Origin: Lama glama
Taxonomy: Eukaryota
Length of the DNA: 64,000 nucleotides
Reading direction: 5' to 3'
Assembly (NCBI GenBank): GCA_028534125.1
Contig: CM052818.1
Coordinates: 28,274,001-28,338,000, forward strand
Made by a program: the position numbers and the translations under genes. Position 1 is the first letter of the stretch, and every line of letters starts with the position of its first letter. The notes below the pieces were generated by a model. It was not told the origin of the DNA and ran no database searches. It saw nothing but the letters and a program-made list of their open reading frames with translations. Positions 13,643 to 26,480 of the stretch are shown piece by piece.

Positions 13643-14756
13643 TGTAGGCGGGGGCAATGGGCAAGGACTATTACCAGACGTTGGGCCTGGCCCGCGGTGC
13701 GTCGGACGAGGAGATCAAGAGGGCTTACCGCCGCCAGGCGCTGCGTTACCACCCGGACAAGAACAAGGAGCCCGGCGCCGAGGAGAAGTTCAAGGAGATC
13801 GCCGAGGCCTACGACGTGCTCAGCGACCCGCGCAAGCGCGATATCTTCGACCGCTACGGGGAGGAAGGCCTGAAAGGTGGTGGCCCCAGTGGCGGGAGCA
13901 GCGGTGGTGCTAACGGTACTTCTTTCAGCTACACATTCCATGGAGACCCTCATGCCATGTTTGCTGAGTTCTTCGGTGGCCGAAATCCCTTTGACACCTT
14001 TTTTGGGCAGCGCAACGGGGAGGAAGGCATGGACATTGATGACCCATTCTCTGGCTTCCCCATGGGCATGGGTGGCTTCACCAATATGAACTTTGGCCAC
14101 TCCAGCCCTGCCCAAGAGCCCACCCGAAAGAAGCAAGATCCCCCCGTCACCCACGACCTTAGGGTCTCACTTCAGGAGATCTATAGCGGCCATACCAAGA
14201 AGATGAAAATCTCTCATAAGCGGCTGAACCCCGATGGAAAGAGCATTCGCAACGAAGACAAAATCTTGACCATCGAAGTGAAGCGGGGGTGAAAAGAAGG
14301 GACCAAAATCACCTTCCCCAAGGAAGGAGACCAGACCTCCAACAACATTCCAGCCGACATTGTCTTTGTTTCAAAGGACAAGCCACACAATATCTTTAAG
14401 AGAGATGGCTCTGATGTCATTTACCCAGCCAGGATCACTCTTCGGGAGGCTCTGTGTGGCTGTATAGTGAATGTCCCCACTCTGGACGGCAGGACCATAC
14501 CCGTTGTGTTCAAAGATGTCATCAGGCCTGGCATGCGGCGAAAAGTTCCTGGAGAAGGCCTCCCTCTCCCCAAAACGCCCGAGAAACAGGGGGACCTCAT
14601 TATTGAGTTTGAAGTGATCTTCCCTGAAAGGATTCCCCAGACGTCAAGAACCGTTCTTGAGCAGGTTCTTCCGATATAGACACCTGCGTTCCCCAAGGAC
14701 TGACCAGGGACCTTTCCAGAGCTCAAGGATTTCTGGACCGTTCCACCAGTTGTGGA
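13643..14756 (+). pseudogene. DNAJB1: Processed (retro) pseudogene of DNAJB1/Hsp40. CDS-homologous part is 13657-14679, with a premature TGA at 14290-14292 and ~77 nt of 3' UTR.
   Basis: Translation [37 protein letters not shown]...LEQVLPI shows a J-domain with HPD, a G/F region and the C-terminal domains. The 1023 nt equal 340 codons plus stop in one frame. There are no introns at the expected junctions (13867/13868, 14448/14449). VKRG-TGA-KEGTK replaces the conserved GWKEG. Confidence 0.96.
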
Positions 14757-17311
14757 AAGAAAGCTTACATATAGGGCATATTACAGTCCTCAAACCTATG
14801 TCGTAGAGTTGTGTCAAAGGCCCTGTTGGGGTTTGGTGAGTCTAGTGAAAAAATGGAACAAAAAGGCCTGGTAGCCAGGAACCCCTACTTCACTAAGCTG
14901 AATACAGTAGCACTTTATGTATACATGATACAGAAAAAGCCAGTTAAACTGTGTCTATAGCATTCTTGACTTCTGATGTAACATAACCATAAAGCCCTAA
15001 TAGCTCCACCATCTTAAAATCTTCATGTACTCTGTTTGAATGAGTTAGCACCGTTGTATTTATCTATCTTGTTTCATCTCATCAGAGGAGTTCACTGGCT
15101 AATGAAACTAAAGTACAGTATAAAACAACAAGTAGTGGCTTTTGGGTATCAGCAACCATAGAAAAACAATCTGTACCGAACTAAACAATGTGCTACATCA
15201 CGCTTCTGAACATGTAGGTCACATTAATCCATACTAACACAGACATTTGGCAGAGACTGCAGATACTTGAGTTATTTGAGAAAAACTGTTTTAACTAATG
15301 TATTCTCATTGAAGCTCAGCAAACAGTGTATAGATGCAAAATAAAAGAAAACAGCTTTGGAAAATACTTTGGACTAGAATCTCAGCATTGTGATTTACTG
15401 ATTTTATACAAGTCTGTTGTTGCTTGCTTTTTTTTTTAATTGTTTTAAATAATGGTTTAGATCTCAGAAAGGATTCTATCTCTAGCAGATATTTCATCTC
15501 TGGGATGGGAAGAGGAATGGGACAACCTGACGGTGGGCAATACTATTCAAAGTCCTTTTTCTTGGACTTCCACAATTTAATAGAATAAGTCATATAGTTG
15601 CTTAGTTCTTAAATGGGGTAATCAAAATCAGCATCAGATTCTTTAACCATGGTTAACTATAAGAAAGGTCTCTTATATATTCCTGCATTAGCTATGTGGA
15701 AAACAATTTGTATTATATAAAATGTTTTGATACAAAATTTAAGTATGTAATTAATAAATGTTAATGATTCCTGCATGTAAAAAAAAGTCATTGTTAACAC
15801 TTTATCAGGTATACAACAAACTGGAAAAATAATTGAGACTGAATAAAAACCAGCACTTAATATAACAGTTATTTCAAATAAGAAAGATTTTAAAAAGTAA
15901 TAATTTTTAAAATGGGCAAAGGAAACAACTATAAAAAAGAGTAATAGTAAGTATATAAAAAAATAAAATTCAGGTAAAAATAAACACAGCCTGTAAAAGT
16001 TTAAGAACATTTTTCTACTAGGTTAGTATAAGAGTATTTTAACCAATAACATATACATTATTAAAAAATCAATTTTCATTAACATGCCATAGGTAGTAAG
16101 AGAAGCAGTGTCTCAGTAGGTAAATGTTATTGTTATCATTATTATCTTCCCCTCTGAATAATTAAAACCTGATGCTACTCTTGATTATTACAGTTTTTAT
16201 CTTACAGACTATATCCTTTTTAGATCACACAGCTTTGGCATCCCAAGCCTAGGAACGTGGCTGGTATTTAATGAGCATGTCCAAAACAACTCTAAGTTCC
16301 CTTTCAATTCTAAAATAATTGTTAAGTCTCTGAACGGAACTGAATTAGTGACTTATGATCTATACTCTGAAAGCAAGTCATTTGGAGGACCACAGATGTT
16401 CAATTTACCATTGAGGTACCTAACTGAACTGTGTCAAGTGTTTGCTTATTGACAATGGGGTGGATATTGTTTACTGGTATTCAGAGGTTAGCTTGTGCCT
16501 CATTGTAAAGCTCAAAATAAACCCAGCATCTTCAATGAAAAAAGGTCACTTTCCTTTGAGAAAATAAAGCTATGAAACAGGCACAGATACCACAAAAAGT
16601 GATCTCAATCTAACATAAAACGGGGCCAAAACTCTTAAAAAGACTTTTTTTCAGGCAGCTGTTGAACCTGACAGATATTCTGTAAGCCAGATTTGGAGGT
16701 AAAACCAGATGCCGTCAGATATTTATCCCTTTTGGCTCTGTTTCACCTACTTGGGAACTATGTATTATATCACAGTCCTGTTTCAGAGCTTCTGGTATTT
16801 GGCAACCCTGTTTTCCTATACTTCTGCCTTTATGTCTCCCTGACCATGCTTTCTGTTTATTAGGATGTCTCTCTTTCAAGGCTGATCAATACAAATGTGA
16901 TCCTGCCCAAAGACTCTGAGTCTTTCTTTAGAGATTAGTTTTAGAGTATTATCTAGTTTTGAATCTTGAGTAACATTTAATTTCAACTATTTTTACATTA
17001 TGTTTCAAAGGAAGGTTACAAATTTCTAGCTTCCAATAAGAATTCAGGTCTAAAACTATTTTAAAAAAATTTTGTTTTCCATAGAATTGTTCCATTTTAA
17101 ATATTAAATTGTTTTTTATTTCTAAATTCTTATGGATAGGCCCACGTCTTACTCTTGCCATATACATTGCAAACAAGTGTGCTGTCTCAATTTATTTTAT
17201 AAGCAACCACTAATTGATGAATCACATATAATTTACTAGGTCAATCTACTCATTTCATTCATATTCATTTTTAGACTAATGATGGCTCTGATCTAATGGG
17301 CATAGGCTACA

Positions 17312-17446
17312 ATTTATGTCAAAGGATCTTCTGCCTATGTTCTTTTCTAAGAGATTCATGGTTCCAGATCTTACATGTAGGTCTTCAATACATTTTGAGT
17401 TTATTTTTGTATATGGTACAAGGAAATGCTCTAATTGCATTCTTTT
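17312..17446 (-). mobile_element. Short L1 ORF2 fragment
   Basis: Reverse complement matches 28400-28540 and 62480-62620 of this window (ATTTATGTCAAAG...CATTTTGAGTTTATTTTTGTATATGGT). Confidence 0.8.
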
Positions 17447-20400
17447 GAATTTATAAATTATAACTCTATCAACATCTAACTGACTTTTAAAACATGAGTT
17501 GGCATTTATAAACTACTTTTATTTGGTTACTTCTCTACAGTAATGTATTAGTTAATGCAAAGTCAGTTCTTGGTTGCTTTCTTTCATGAAGAAACAACTA
17601 CCTTGTTTTCAGCTCAGCTCTGTAGCTGTTAATTGATCTTTACTCACTCTACAGTGAGTACTTTCAGAACTTAAAATATTATCATTCATCCCTATTTCTG
17701 CTTCTCTTTAGGAAAGCTATTCAATGTTCAATTTTAGCATCATACATGAATATATGATTTTAATAAAACTATTCTTATTTGAACTAAACTAAAATACATT
17801 CTTGGTTATGCCAAATCCTTAGAAACCTTAAAATGAAGGAAGACATTGACTAAGCAAGTCACAGGTTGATGTTTAGACACACACAAACACACGTGCACAC
17901 ATACATGTACATATATTTAAAAACATTCTTAATACTATTGCCAATATCCTAATATATTTTTTAGTATTCTTTGAAAACAGTTAAATGTTAATCATATCAA
18001 AAGTTTAAAATATGCCATTTGAAGAAAGACAAAATCTTTCATGTTAATATTTTTCTTTTCTTAGTTATGATTGAGAGAATTTTCTATTGGTCATACAATC
18101 AGTGTTGGAATCAGAGATATTACTGTACATGTATAACCTAGTTATAGTCTCTGAGTAGAAGAGTACCATGTGAGTAGCCTTAATCTCAATATTGTGACAA
18201 TTACTTAACAATTTCACTCATTCAGAGTTTTACCTAGAAATTGATGGAAAAATATAGGGGACCATGATCAGCTAGTCAATACTGGATAATATTTTAACAA
18301 ATGACACATGATTATTACTAGTTAGATTGTTAATAAAACCATGCATTGATCCTAGAAGTAAATTACTTAGAAGAATTTAATTTTAAGCCTGTTTTCTTTA
18401 AAAACTCAAAAGTAGTATAAATATAATTTTCATCTTCCTTCTCCCTACTTCAGGCAAATATATGCAGATAGCAACTTCATACTACTATTAATTCCCCTAA
18501 AAATGAATAGTAATTTTAATTTATATTTCTCTCTCTTCATATCAGGAAAATGCTTAACATATTTCTGTCACCAAATAATTACTGAACATTTGCTAAGTGC
18601 CACACACTGTGCAAGGCACTGAACGTGATACATGTCTTTTGTTATCAGTTTCACATATATACTTTCCTAAGAAACAAAAAGAAAAATAACACCACCCACA
18701 CAAAAAAAAGTAAATAAAATTCTCTAATAAAAACCAGACAATCCAAATTTCCAAAAGACTCATTTTTACTTCTGTATTTTGTTTGCTGTCTTTGCTTTCT
18801 AATCATTGGTTATTTCAATGCATAAAAGGGGTATTGGTAAGTTAAAGAAAGGAGGTGAATAATCATGATAATGGTCATTTTAAAGATGAATATATAATCT
18901 ATAAATTTAGTATAATCCAGAACAATAGGCTTTCTCTCACTGCTATAGTGACATTATACAAATTTCCATAAGGACCTGCATAAGTCACTGAACAAATGAC
19001 CTGTCTGTATCACGGTTTTTCTCTTGCCTACTTATTACGCACAATATGATATACCTCTCTACTAACTGAGTAAAAGTGAGGATCATATGTATGCAGAAAC
19101 AAATTAATGCTTATATTTTCTCAGTCCATTTCAAATTAATGTGGTGTGGAGTGGTCAGAAGAGATTCTGCTGTCCCTCTGATGATCTTCCTCCTGTTCAA
19201 TGAGTTCTGTTAAACGATCCCTATAAGAGACATCCTTCATTCCTGGCTCACAAAAATTGAGTTCTGAATAGCATTGTTTTGAGTGTATGGAATTCAACAG
19301 ATGGTACCAAATGGCCAATATTTTAAACTACTTCCTGAGGGTAGATCTCCAGCTGAGCCTATCAGCCTCATTTTCATTGAGTTTAACTGTGTGTTCATTC
19401 ACTTCAACACAGTCACATGAGCAGTGCTCATGCTTCCCTATAAGATGTAATTGTGCACATTAGCAAATATAAAGCTTCAGTATGAGTTTCATAATGTCTG
19501 CTTTTCTACTTGTATTATCTTCAGTGTCTTATTTTTAAACGACTGTGTTCCATTTTAAATTTCAAATGGTGACTACTTATCTTTTTGTAATTCAATTCAC
19601 CAAGGAACATATTATAGGTAGTGATTTTGTCTTAGCTATCAATAGATCTTTGAGAGACACCCTCCTTTTTGTTGTCAGCATGAAACATTCTGTTCTGGAA
19701 CAGAGGGGAAAACATCCTTCACACACTGCTTATGAGTCTCTGAAGTCTTTACTGGTACTCAGTGCACCTTCACACCTTCATGAGAAGAAAAAGTAGATTT
19801 ATATTAGAAACTGTACTGAAACATGTCTACTTCAAATGCACTCACAGGACGTTCCGGTTGTTTTATCGCAATTCCAGAGTACCTTCATGTCACTGAAATA
19901 ACTTGGGCTAAGCAAGGGAGACACTTTTCTAAATTTGTGGGAGGTTACCTTGAAAAAGATGATGGGAAAAGAAATAGGCTATATCCTGCTGCTGTTATTC
20001 ATGTTAGAGTGAGAGCTTTCTAGCAGTACGTTACTACTAAGTAGATGTAAATATCTGAGCGGCAATAAAAGATGAATGTCTACCGTGTATCTGTAACTCC
20101 ACACTAGCTATTCAAGCACAAGGTCAATAGGACCAAATACATAAGTATTCACATTTTCTATGTAAAAATGCATAAAAATTTTAGTTAACAAACTTTTGGT
20201 GCCATACAAAGTAAGTTCTTACCCTATGTTGAAGTAATGGTAAAGCTAAGTTACTTCCAATAGGAAATGCTGATTTGAAATCTTATAGAAGATATTAACT
20301 TTATATTAAAATTAAGATGAATAGTCAAAGGTAGCTAAATATTTTCAGATGGATCACCCATTGCCAAATCATAGTTATGAGTTCCCTTCTTCTTTGTTTT

Positions 20401-21164
20401 GTTGGTTATTCTTTCTGAAAAAAAGCAGTAGCAGGCTTTACCTATGTAGTTCTCCATATTTCTCACTAAACTACTTGCCTGAGTGAGAATGAATACTCTA
20501 AAATAAGCAAGGATATGGTCTCAAGCACGTATGTCCAAAAATATACATCCCACACATCTAGTCTATAGCACATACTTCAGGCACCATTCTGTTAAAAAAA
20601 CAAATTCAGTTTGATTTGCTCATTACCACAGATGTCGCTCTCTGCAACAGACGGGAGGTTATGGTGGGAATGACTTCAGGGGCTGCTGGCGGTAGATCTG
20701 AGCAATGAAGGTTGGATGATCTGAATCCTTTGTGTTTGGTAAATGAAAAGGGAGCTTTACATTGTGACTTAATACTAGTTGAATCATTCCACCTTGTCAT
20801 TGCCTCAAAAGATTCTTTCGCTTAAAGGGAATAAAATAATCACCTTATCTGGCTGGGGATGTCTGGTAAACTCTTTTCATTTTTGTCTCTTGGAAGAGAA
20901 AAAAAAAATAACAGGCCAGGATTGTGTCCAATTGTGAACCAGGGGAAGACTGTTCTTGGTGTCCTGTTCCATCTGTTCCTAGATCAACCTCCTAATTTTT
21001 CCTGGCCCCTTCTCATGCCAATGTGCTGGATCAAGGGAAAAGTTCAATGAAAGGAACCAGAAATGATGCCAGGAGAGAGAAAGGCATAATTGGTCATTTA
21101 AGTGTTTAGGAAGTAAGGCTGAAGCCATAGAGAAATCAGAAAATGATCAGAAACTCACTCAAGT

Positions 21165-21420
21165 AATAATAATAGCAAATGCTTCTGTACAGCTTATTAC
21201 TTGTCAGGCAGCATTTCAACTGCTTTACATATGTTAATTCACTTAATACAACTACCCTACAATAAGGCTACTATTTGCATCACCATTTATAATTTATAAT
21301 TGAGGGAAAGAGCAGAATAGTTAAATAACCCATATGCTGAATAATGCGAGAATTAGGATTTGAATCCAAATAGGCTGTCATCAGAGCCTTTGGGCTTCCC
21401 CACTACATCACGATGCCTCC
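21165..21420 (-). mobile_element. MIR SINE
   Basis: AATAATAATAGCAAAT...TTACTTGTCAGGCA...CATCACCATTT...AGGATTTGAATCCA. Confidence 0.75.
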
Positions 21421-21894
21421 CACACTAAGGGGTTTGGTCAATATCAGCATAAACATTCATGTAAAGAACATGATCAGAGAAAAAATCAGCAAGAAGGAGG
21501 CTGAAAAAACAAATTTGTAGGACTGAGTACATGAATAGAAGGAAAACAGAATTGGGCAATCACAGTGCCTGCCATAAAGTTAATACTAATTATCTACTGA
21601 ATCAACAGTGAATGGAAAAATAATCATCTAAGCAGGATCTTGACATGAGGTCACGAATTTCTCTTTCGCTGCTAACCATGAGATTGCCACACCATGAGAA
21701 CCAGTCTCGAGGGGCAGATCCTTAGAGAATTGGCCAGTTGTGTGTCAGAGACCAGGGTGTAGTGTGGACAGAGAAGCTGCTCAGCAGTCCTTTCCATTTA
21801 TATCCACTATATTTCTCCCACATGCTAGAACCCCCAACCCTCCAGCTATTTCTTTGAAATCTCTAGATCACCAATGTTTTCCTATTACTACTTA

Positions 21895-22270
21895 TTCTTC
21901 AAAAATACATTTATCAAGTGTCTGCTGTGCTACTGCCATGTGCCAGGCCTTGCTCTGGGTGATGACAATAGTTTCTGAACAAGACAGAATCCTGCTCTTG
22001 CATTATTTATTCTACCAGAGTGATACAGCCAAAAAGGAAGGAAGGAAGGAAGGAAGGAAGGAAGGGAGGAAAAAAGATTAAACTTCTTATATATTGGTAA
22101 AATTCTGTGAGTAATGGAGAGTTGGGAGACTGACTTAGGCAAGATGGTTTAAGAAAGCCTTTCTTAAGGAAAGGTGTTATTAAACTTCAGTCTTGACTTT
22201 CAGAGACAGCCATTTAAAGATCTGGAAGAAAAGTTTTCCAAAAGAAAGAAATATGGCCCACTACACCGAG
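21895..22270 (-). mobile_element. L2 fragment containing a (GGAA)n microsatellite at ~22036-22070
   Basis: AAATACATTTATCAAGTG...ATGTGCCAGGC...TGAACAAGACAGA, with the GGAA repeats seen directly. Confidence 0.65.
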
Positions 22271-22354
22271 TAATAGTTTAATGCTCCCTCCCATATTTTG
22301 AAGACTCTTGTTCTGATGAGGAATTTTGGACCTTAATAAGTTCAACCTTCTTAA

Positions 22355-22825
22355 AAAGTAACCCAGAGAACTGGCTTTCCCACCTCCTTTGCTTCCAAAC
22401 ACAAGCAAGTGACCAAGGCTCCACCCACCCAACCGCTGTCACCTGCACAGGAGGCTTTGGCTCAGAAGTGCTAAGATAAGGAAACAGGCTCTGCTTGGGT
22501 CTCCATTTTGCAGCACAGCTTGTGCCTGAGCTGTCCAATTCTGGGGGCAAAGTTAGTTGCCAGGTGGAGTTTTTATTATAAAAGTGGTATCAGTGCTGGC
22601 TGCAGCAGCAGTTAGAGGACTGTCCAGTACGTAACAGCAGCACACATGGCAACGTGAGTTGTGGTTTACACATGACATCAGTTCTCTGGCACAGTTTTTA
22701 GTATTATTTTTCAAAGCTTAGTTTCAATCCTATATCTAGAGCCCTTCTAACAATCTGTGAATCCAATATCATTTTCTGCTTAATCAACCACAGTCAGATT
22801 CCACTGCTTATTATTCAAAACTCTC
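22355..22825 (+). mobile_element. MLT1-type solo LTR
   Basis: The 3' end TTTTCTGCTTAATCAACCACAGTCAGATTCCACTGCTTATTATTCAAAACTCT resembles an MLT1 terminus. Confidence 0.5.
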
Positions 22826-25544
22826 TATGGTAAAGGTTGGACTTGGTTTAGGAACAAAATATATGCCTATGTGGCTTCTGGTTTCTCCTTAGCCAGAGTA
22901 TTCTACCTCTTTATTTTTTTCCTGTAATTATTCATGATATGACTTTACCTTTCCAAATTTTCTTTCCCATTAATTCCTTCAAGACTTTATTTTCTAAGTG
23001 AAAATCAGATAAGGGTAAGGGAGCAAAATGTACAAAATATCTTTCAGGTTTTACACTTCCCCACAACACCTCTATGACAAACCTAGTATAAAAATCTGCA
23101 GTTCCTTCTGTACTAGTCTATCTTGGCCTCCTCTTGCCCTACATTGTAACTTTTATTCATATTTCCATCTTGGGTGGACAGAAAAAAGATTCGTAAATGT
23201 CCCTTTGCTCAGCTGTTAGGCCCTTATATGCCTGCTTACAACTTCCTCTCCTAAGGTCCTGTCTTTTAAGTAACATGTTTAGCCACACTAGAAAACATGG
23301 AGTTCTTAGACAAAGCAGAGCCAGAGAAGATTCCTAACTTTTCAAACCCGGAGAAATGTACAGGTATGACCTATTTGGCACAAGTCTCACCCCTTGTGGA
23401 GAAATAGAGGGTTCACATTTATGAGCCCCCGAACTGACAAAGAGTGACCAAGAATGTTTCGCTCCCATAGACATCACCTAAAACCCAGAAATGCTTGGTT
23501 TAGTTGTTACTCAAAAAAGTTGGTAAAATTCATTATACTTGTCTACTTGAACAACTTGCCACTGATGTATAATTACTACAGAGCAAAATAAAAACTATCT
23601 TTAGACACATATATACAGAATTAACTGTTGAAGTTTTTCTCAGAATGCAACTCCAAATACAGTTCATGTTGCTTATCTAGCAAAACCAGACTCGGGTGGT
23701 TAAAAATAGTTTGACAGACACCAATTTTTTGAATTGTGTCAGGGACAGAATGTCTACAGAGACAGTTATTGGCTTTTACAGAATGCTTAAACCCATGATT
23801 TTCAAACTTTTGGCTGAAAATCATTTGACTTCACAACTCAGTATAGGCCAAACTTTTAAAACATACACACATACACATACATAACATAGACATACTTATA
23901 AAAATAAAAAAAGTTGTCATAAATGCATTTTTATTCTCAAAAAGTACAATTTTGCTTGATAGAGTCTATTGCTTTCATTTAGGAAAAAAGTGGTTATTAC
24001 CTATTTAGTTAATTCAAGACCCACTAGTGGAGTCTTGCCCTACAATCTGCAAAGCACTACTTTGAACTCTGGTTCTGTCACAGTGTCGGTTGTATCTATT
24101 TTCTTAAGAGCCAAGGAAACAAACTGGTGATCATGATTTCTATAGAAAGGAAAATTTTCTTCAAAGTTTTAAACAATCAATTTGCAAATAACTTTCACAA
24201 CTCACTTTATTCATATCTTGTGGCCTGGCTATCGTTTCTCCAAATGCCCCCCCCCCTTTGACTGATGTATATCCACAGTTCTCCATCTTTCCACATCACT
24301 CACACTTGAACAGTAACTCAAAACAGAAGCTTTAAACTTCTTTATTCACTTGTCACACTAAGGTTGACCATTTGTGTATGTCTCTGTTCACATTTCTTTT
24401 CTGGGGCATAAAAAACAGACAAAGTGAAATCTAACATCTATGGATACACTGCAGGAAATTTTTTCAAAAAATGCCATGGGAAAACATTTTCAGAAATTCA
24501 CTTACTTTTAAGTGAGATAATTTACTCTCAAATAACAATTCGAATGACACTTAATGACATTTTTGCACTGTTTCACACCTACTCTTAACAGCCAAGGAGT
24601 TAATAAAACATTTATTCTTATCTATACAATATTCTTTCAGTAAACATGTAAAAGACTCACATGTTTAGAAACAACAGTGCATTAATAGGAATGCAATTAA
24701 GTACTTATTGCTTTTGCCATTTAAAGTAAGTTAACCAGATGGCATGAAATCCTCCAAAAGAGGTTTTAAACAAACAATCAAGGTTTAATTAATATGAACC
24801 AGTTAACTCATTAAACATATAGCAACTAGCTCATTAAACTTAAAGTAAATATTTATTTGAGATGAATTGTATATTCTTTTTTACATTTATCTTCATTTGG
24901 CTTGACTGGTCATGTAATAAATGGTGATTTTTGAAAGCTAAAACATTCTAAGATATAAATGTTTTGTACTTCTCATATTTTTCCCTCCACTGCCAAAATG
25001 GAACTTGGCATTATTTTCACGGAAAAGGCAGACTTCAATGGCTATGTAATAATGGTACTGACAACTAAAATAATTTTAACTTTCCAATTAAACTTAAATA
25101 TTAGACTAATGCACTTATTAACCTAAGAAGTGAATAGCAACCTTTTCTCTACCTGCTATTAGTACCATAACATGGACCACAAAATAATACTCCCAGTTAA
25201 TTTTAAATAATTTCAAACTTCCTTTCTTTATACCTCTGTGCTACTTATAGCAAAACTGAGTCATGTAACTTTGACCCAAAAATGATTCTCACTTATCTAG
25301 TGAGATCATCATCCTTGATTTTTGATTAAAAACAAAAATAGAGTGGAGACAGAGTTGGAGAATACGGGTTCAACCAGATATATCATTCAGGGCTGTATAA
25401 CCAATTAACATGAAGGAGATCAAGTAGCCACAGTGTTTGACAGCCATGGAAGATACCCTGCCTGTTTCCACACCTCTTAAGCGGTTATTGTTTGCTTGTT
25501 TTTTTCATTTTAATGAACTCAAAACTATAAAGCTCACGTATGAT

Positions 25545-26480
25545 GCTGAAGTTACTATCAGTTTAAAACAGGTTGTTATAAGATATTCTTTATAAGCTTC
25601 ATTGTAATCAAAAAAGAAAAACCTGTAGTAATTACACAGAAGAAAAAGGATAATGATAAAGGAGTCAAAGCACACCACTACAAAAAGTCACCAAATCACA
25701 AAAAAAGATTGCAAAAATAAGCAGCAAGAAACAAAGTATCTACAAAACAGTCAGAAAGCAAGTAACAAAATAATAGGAAGTCTTTACCTACCAATAATTA
25801 CTCTGAACATAAATGAATTAAATTTTCCCATCAAATGACAAAGAATAGCTGAAAGGATTAAAAATGATTCAATTATATATCAATTACAAGAGACTCACTT
25901 TAGCTTTAAAGACACACTTAATCTGAGAGTGAAGTGATGAAAAAAACATTTCAAGAAAACGGTAACCAAAAGAAAGCAGGGTAATTATACTTACATCAGA
26001 CAAAGTAGACTTTGAGCTAAAAATGGTCAAAAAGGACAAATAAGATCATTATATAATGATAAAGGGGTCAATCCATAAAGAAGATGTGGTAACTAAATAA
26101 TTATGCACTCAACATCAGAGTACCTAAATATATAAAGCACAGACTAACAAAACTGAAAGAAGAAGTAAAAAGCAATGTAATAATTGGGGACTTGGTACCC
26201 CACTCTCAACAATGGATAGATTATCCAGAGAATTAATAAGGAAAGGGCAGATTTGAACAACACTATTAACCAAAGAACATAACAGACATATACATACAAT
26301 GGAATATTATCCATTCATAAAAAGAAATAAATCCTGCCATTTATGACAATGTATATGAGACTTGAGATTATTATGCAAAGAGAAATAAGTCAGACAGAGA
26401 AATACTGGATGATATCACTTATATGTGGAATCTAAAAAATCTCAACTCAAAGAAACAGGTGACAGACTGGTGGTTAACAG
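25545..26480 (+). mobile_element. Old L1 with the ORF2 endonuclease region joined directly to the ORF2 terminus and 3' UTR
   Basis: ORF 25653-25838 ends SLYLPIITLNINELNFPIK, the ORF2 N-terminus. EN sequence runs to AACAGACATATAC (~26293), then CAATGGAATATTAT...AAGTCAGACAGAGAAA follows. Confidence 0.8.

Noticed and set aside
12575..14154. Long minus-strand ORFs (360, 385 and 220 aa)
   Set aside because: They are inflated by 500 N and are antisense shadows of the GC-rich L1 UTR and DNAJB1 coding sequence.
14290..14295. TGA as a selenocysteine or programmed readthrough codon
   Set aside because: It replaces a conserved Trp by one transition. The context TGA-AAA is not the TGA-CTA readthrough motif, and I saw no SECIS-like element.
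14467..14679. 70-aa ORF as a separate gene
   Set aside because: It is the in-frame C-terminal part of the DNAJB1 copy, starting at a GTG.
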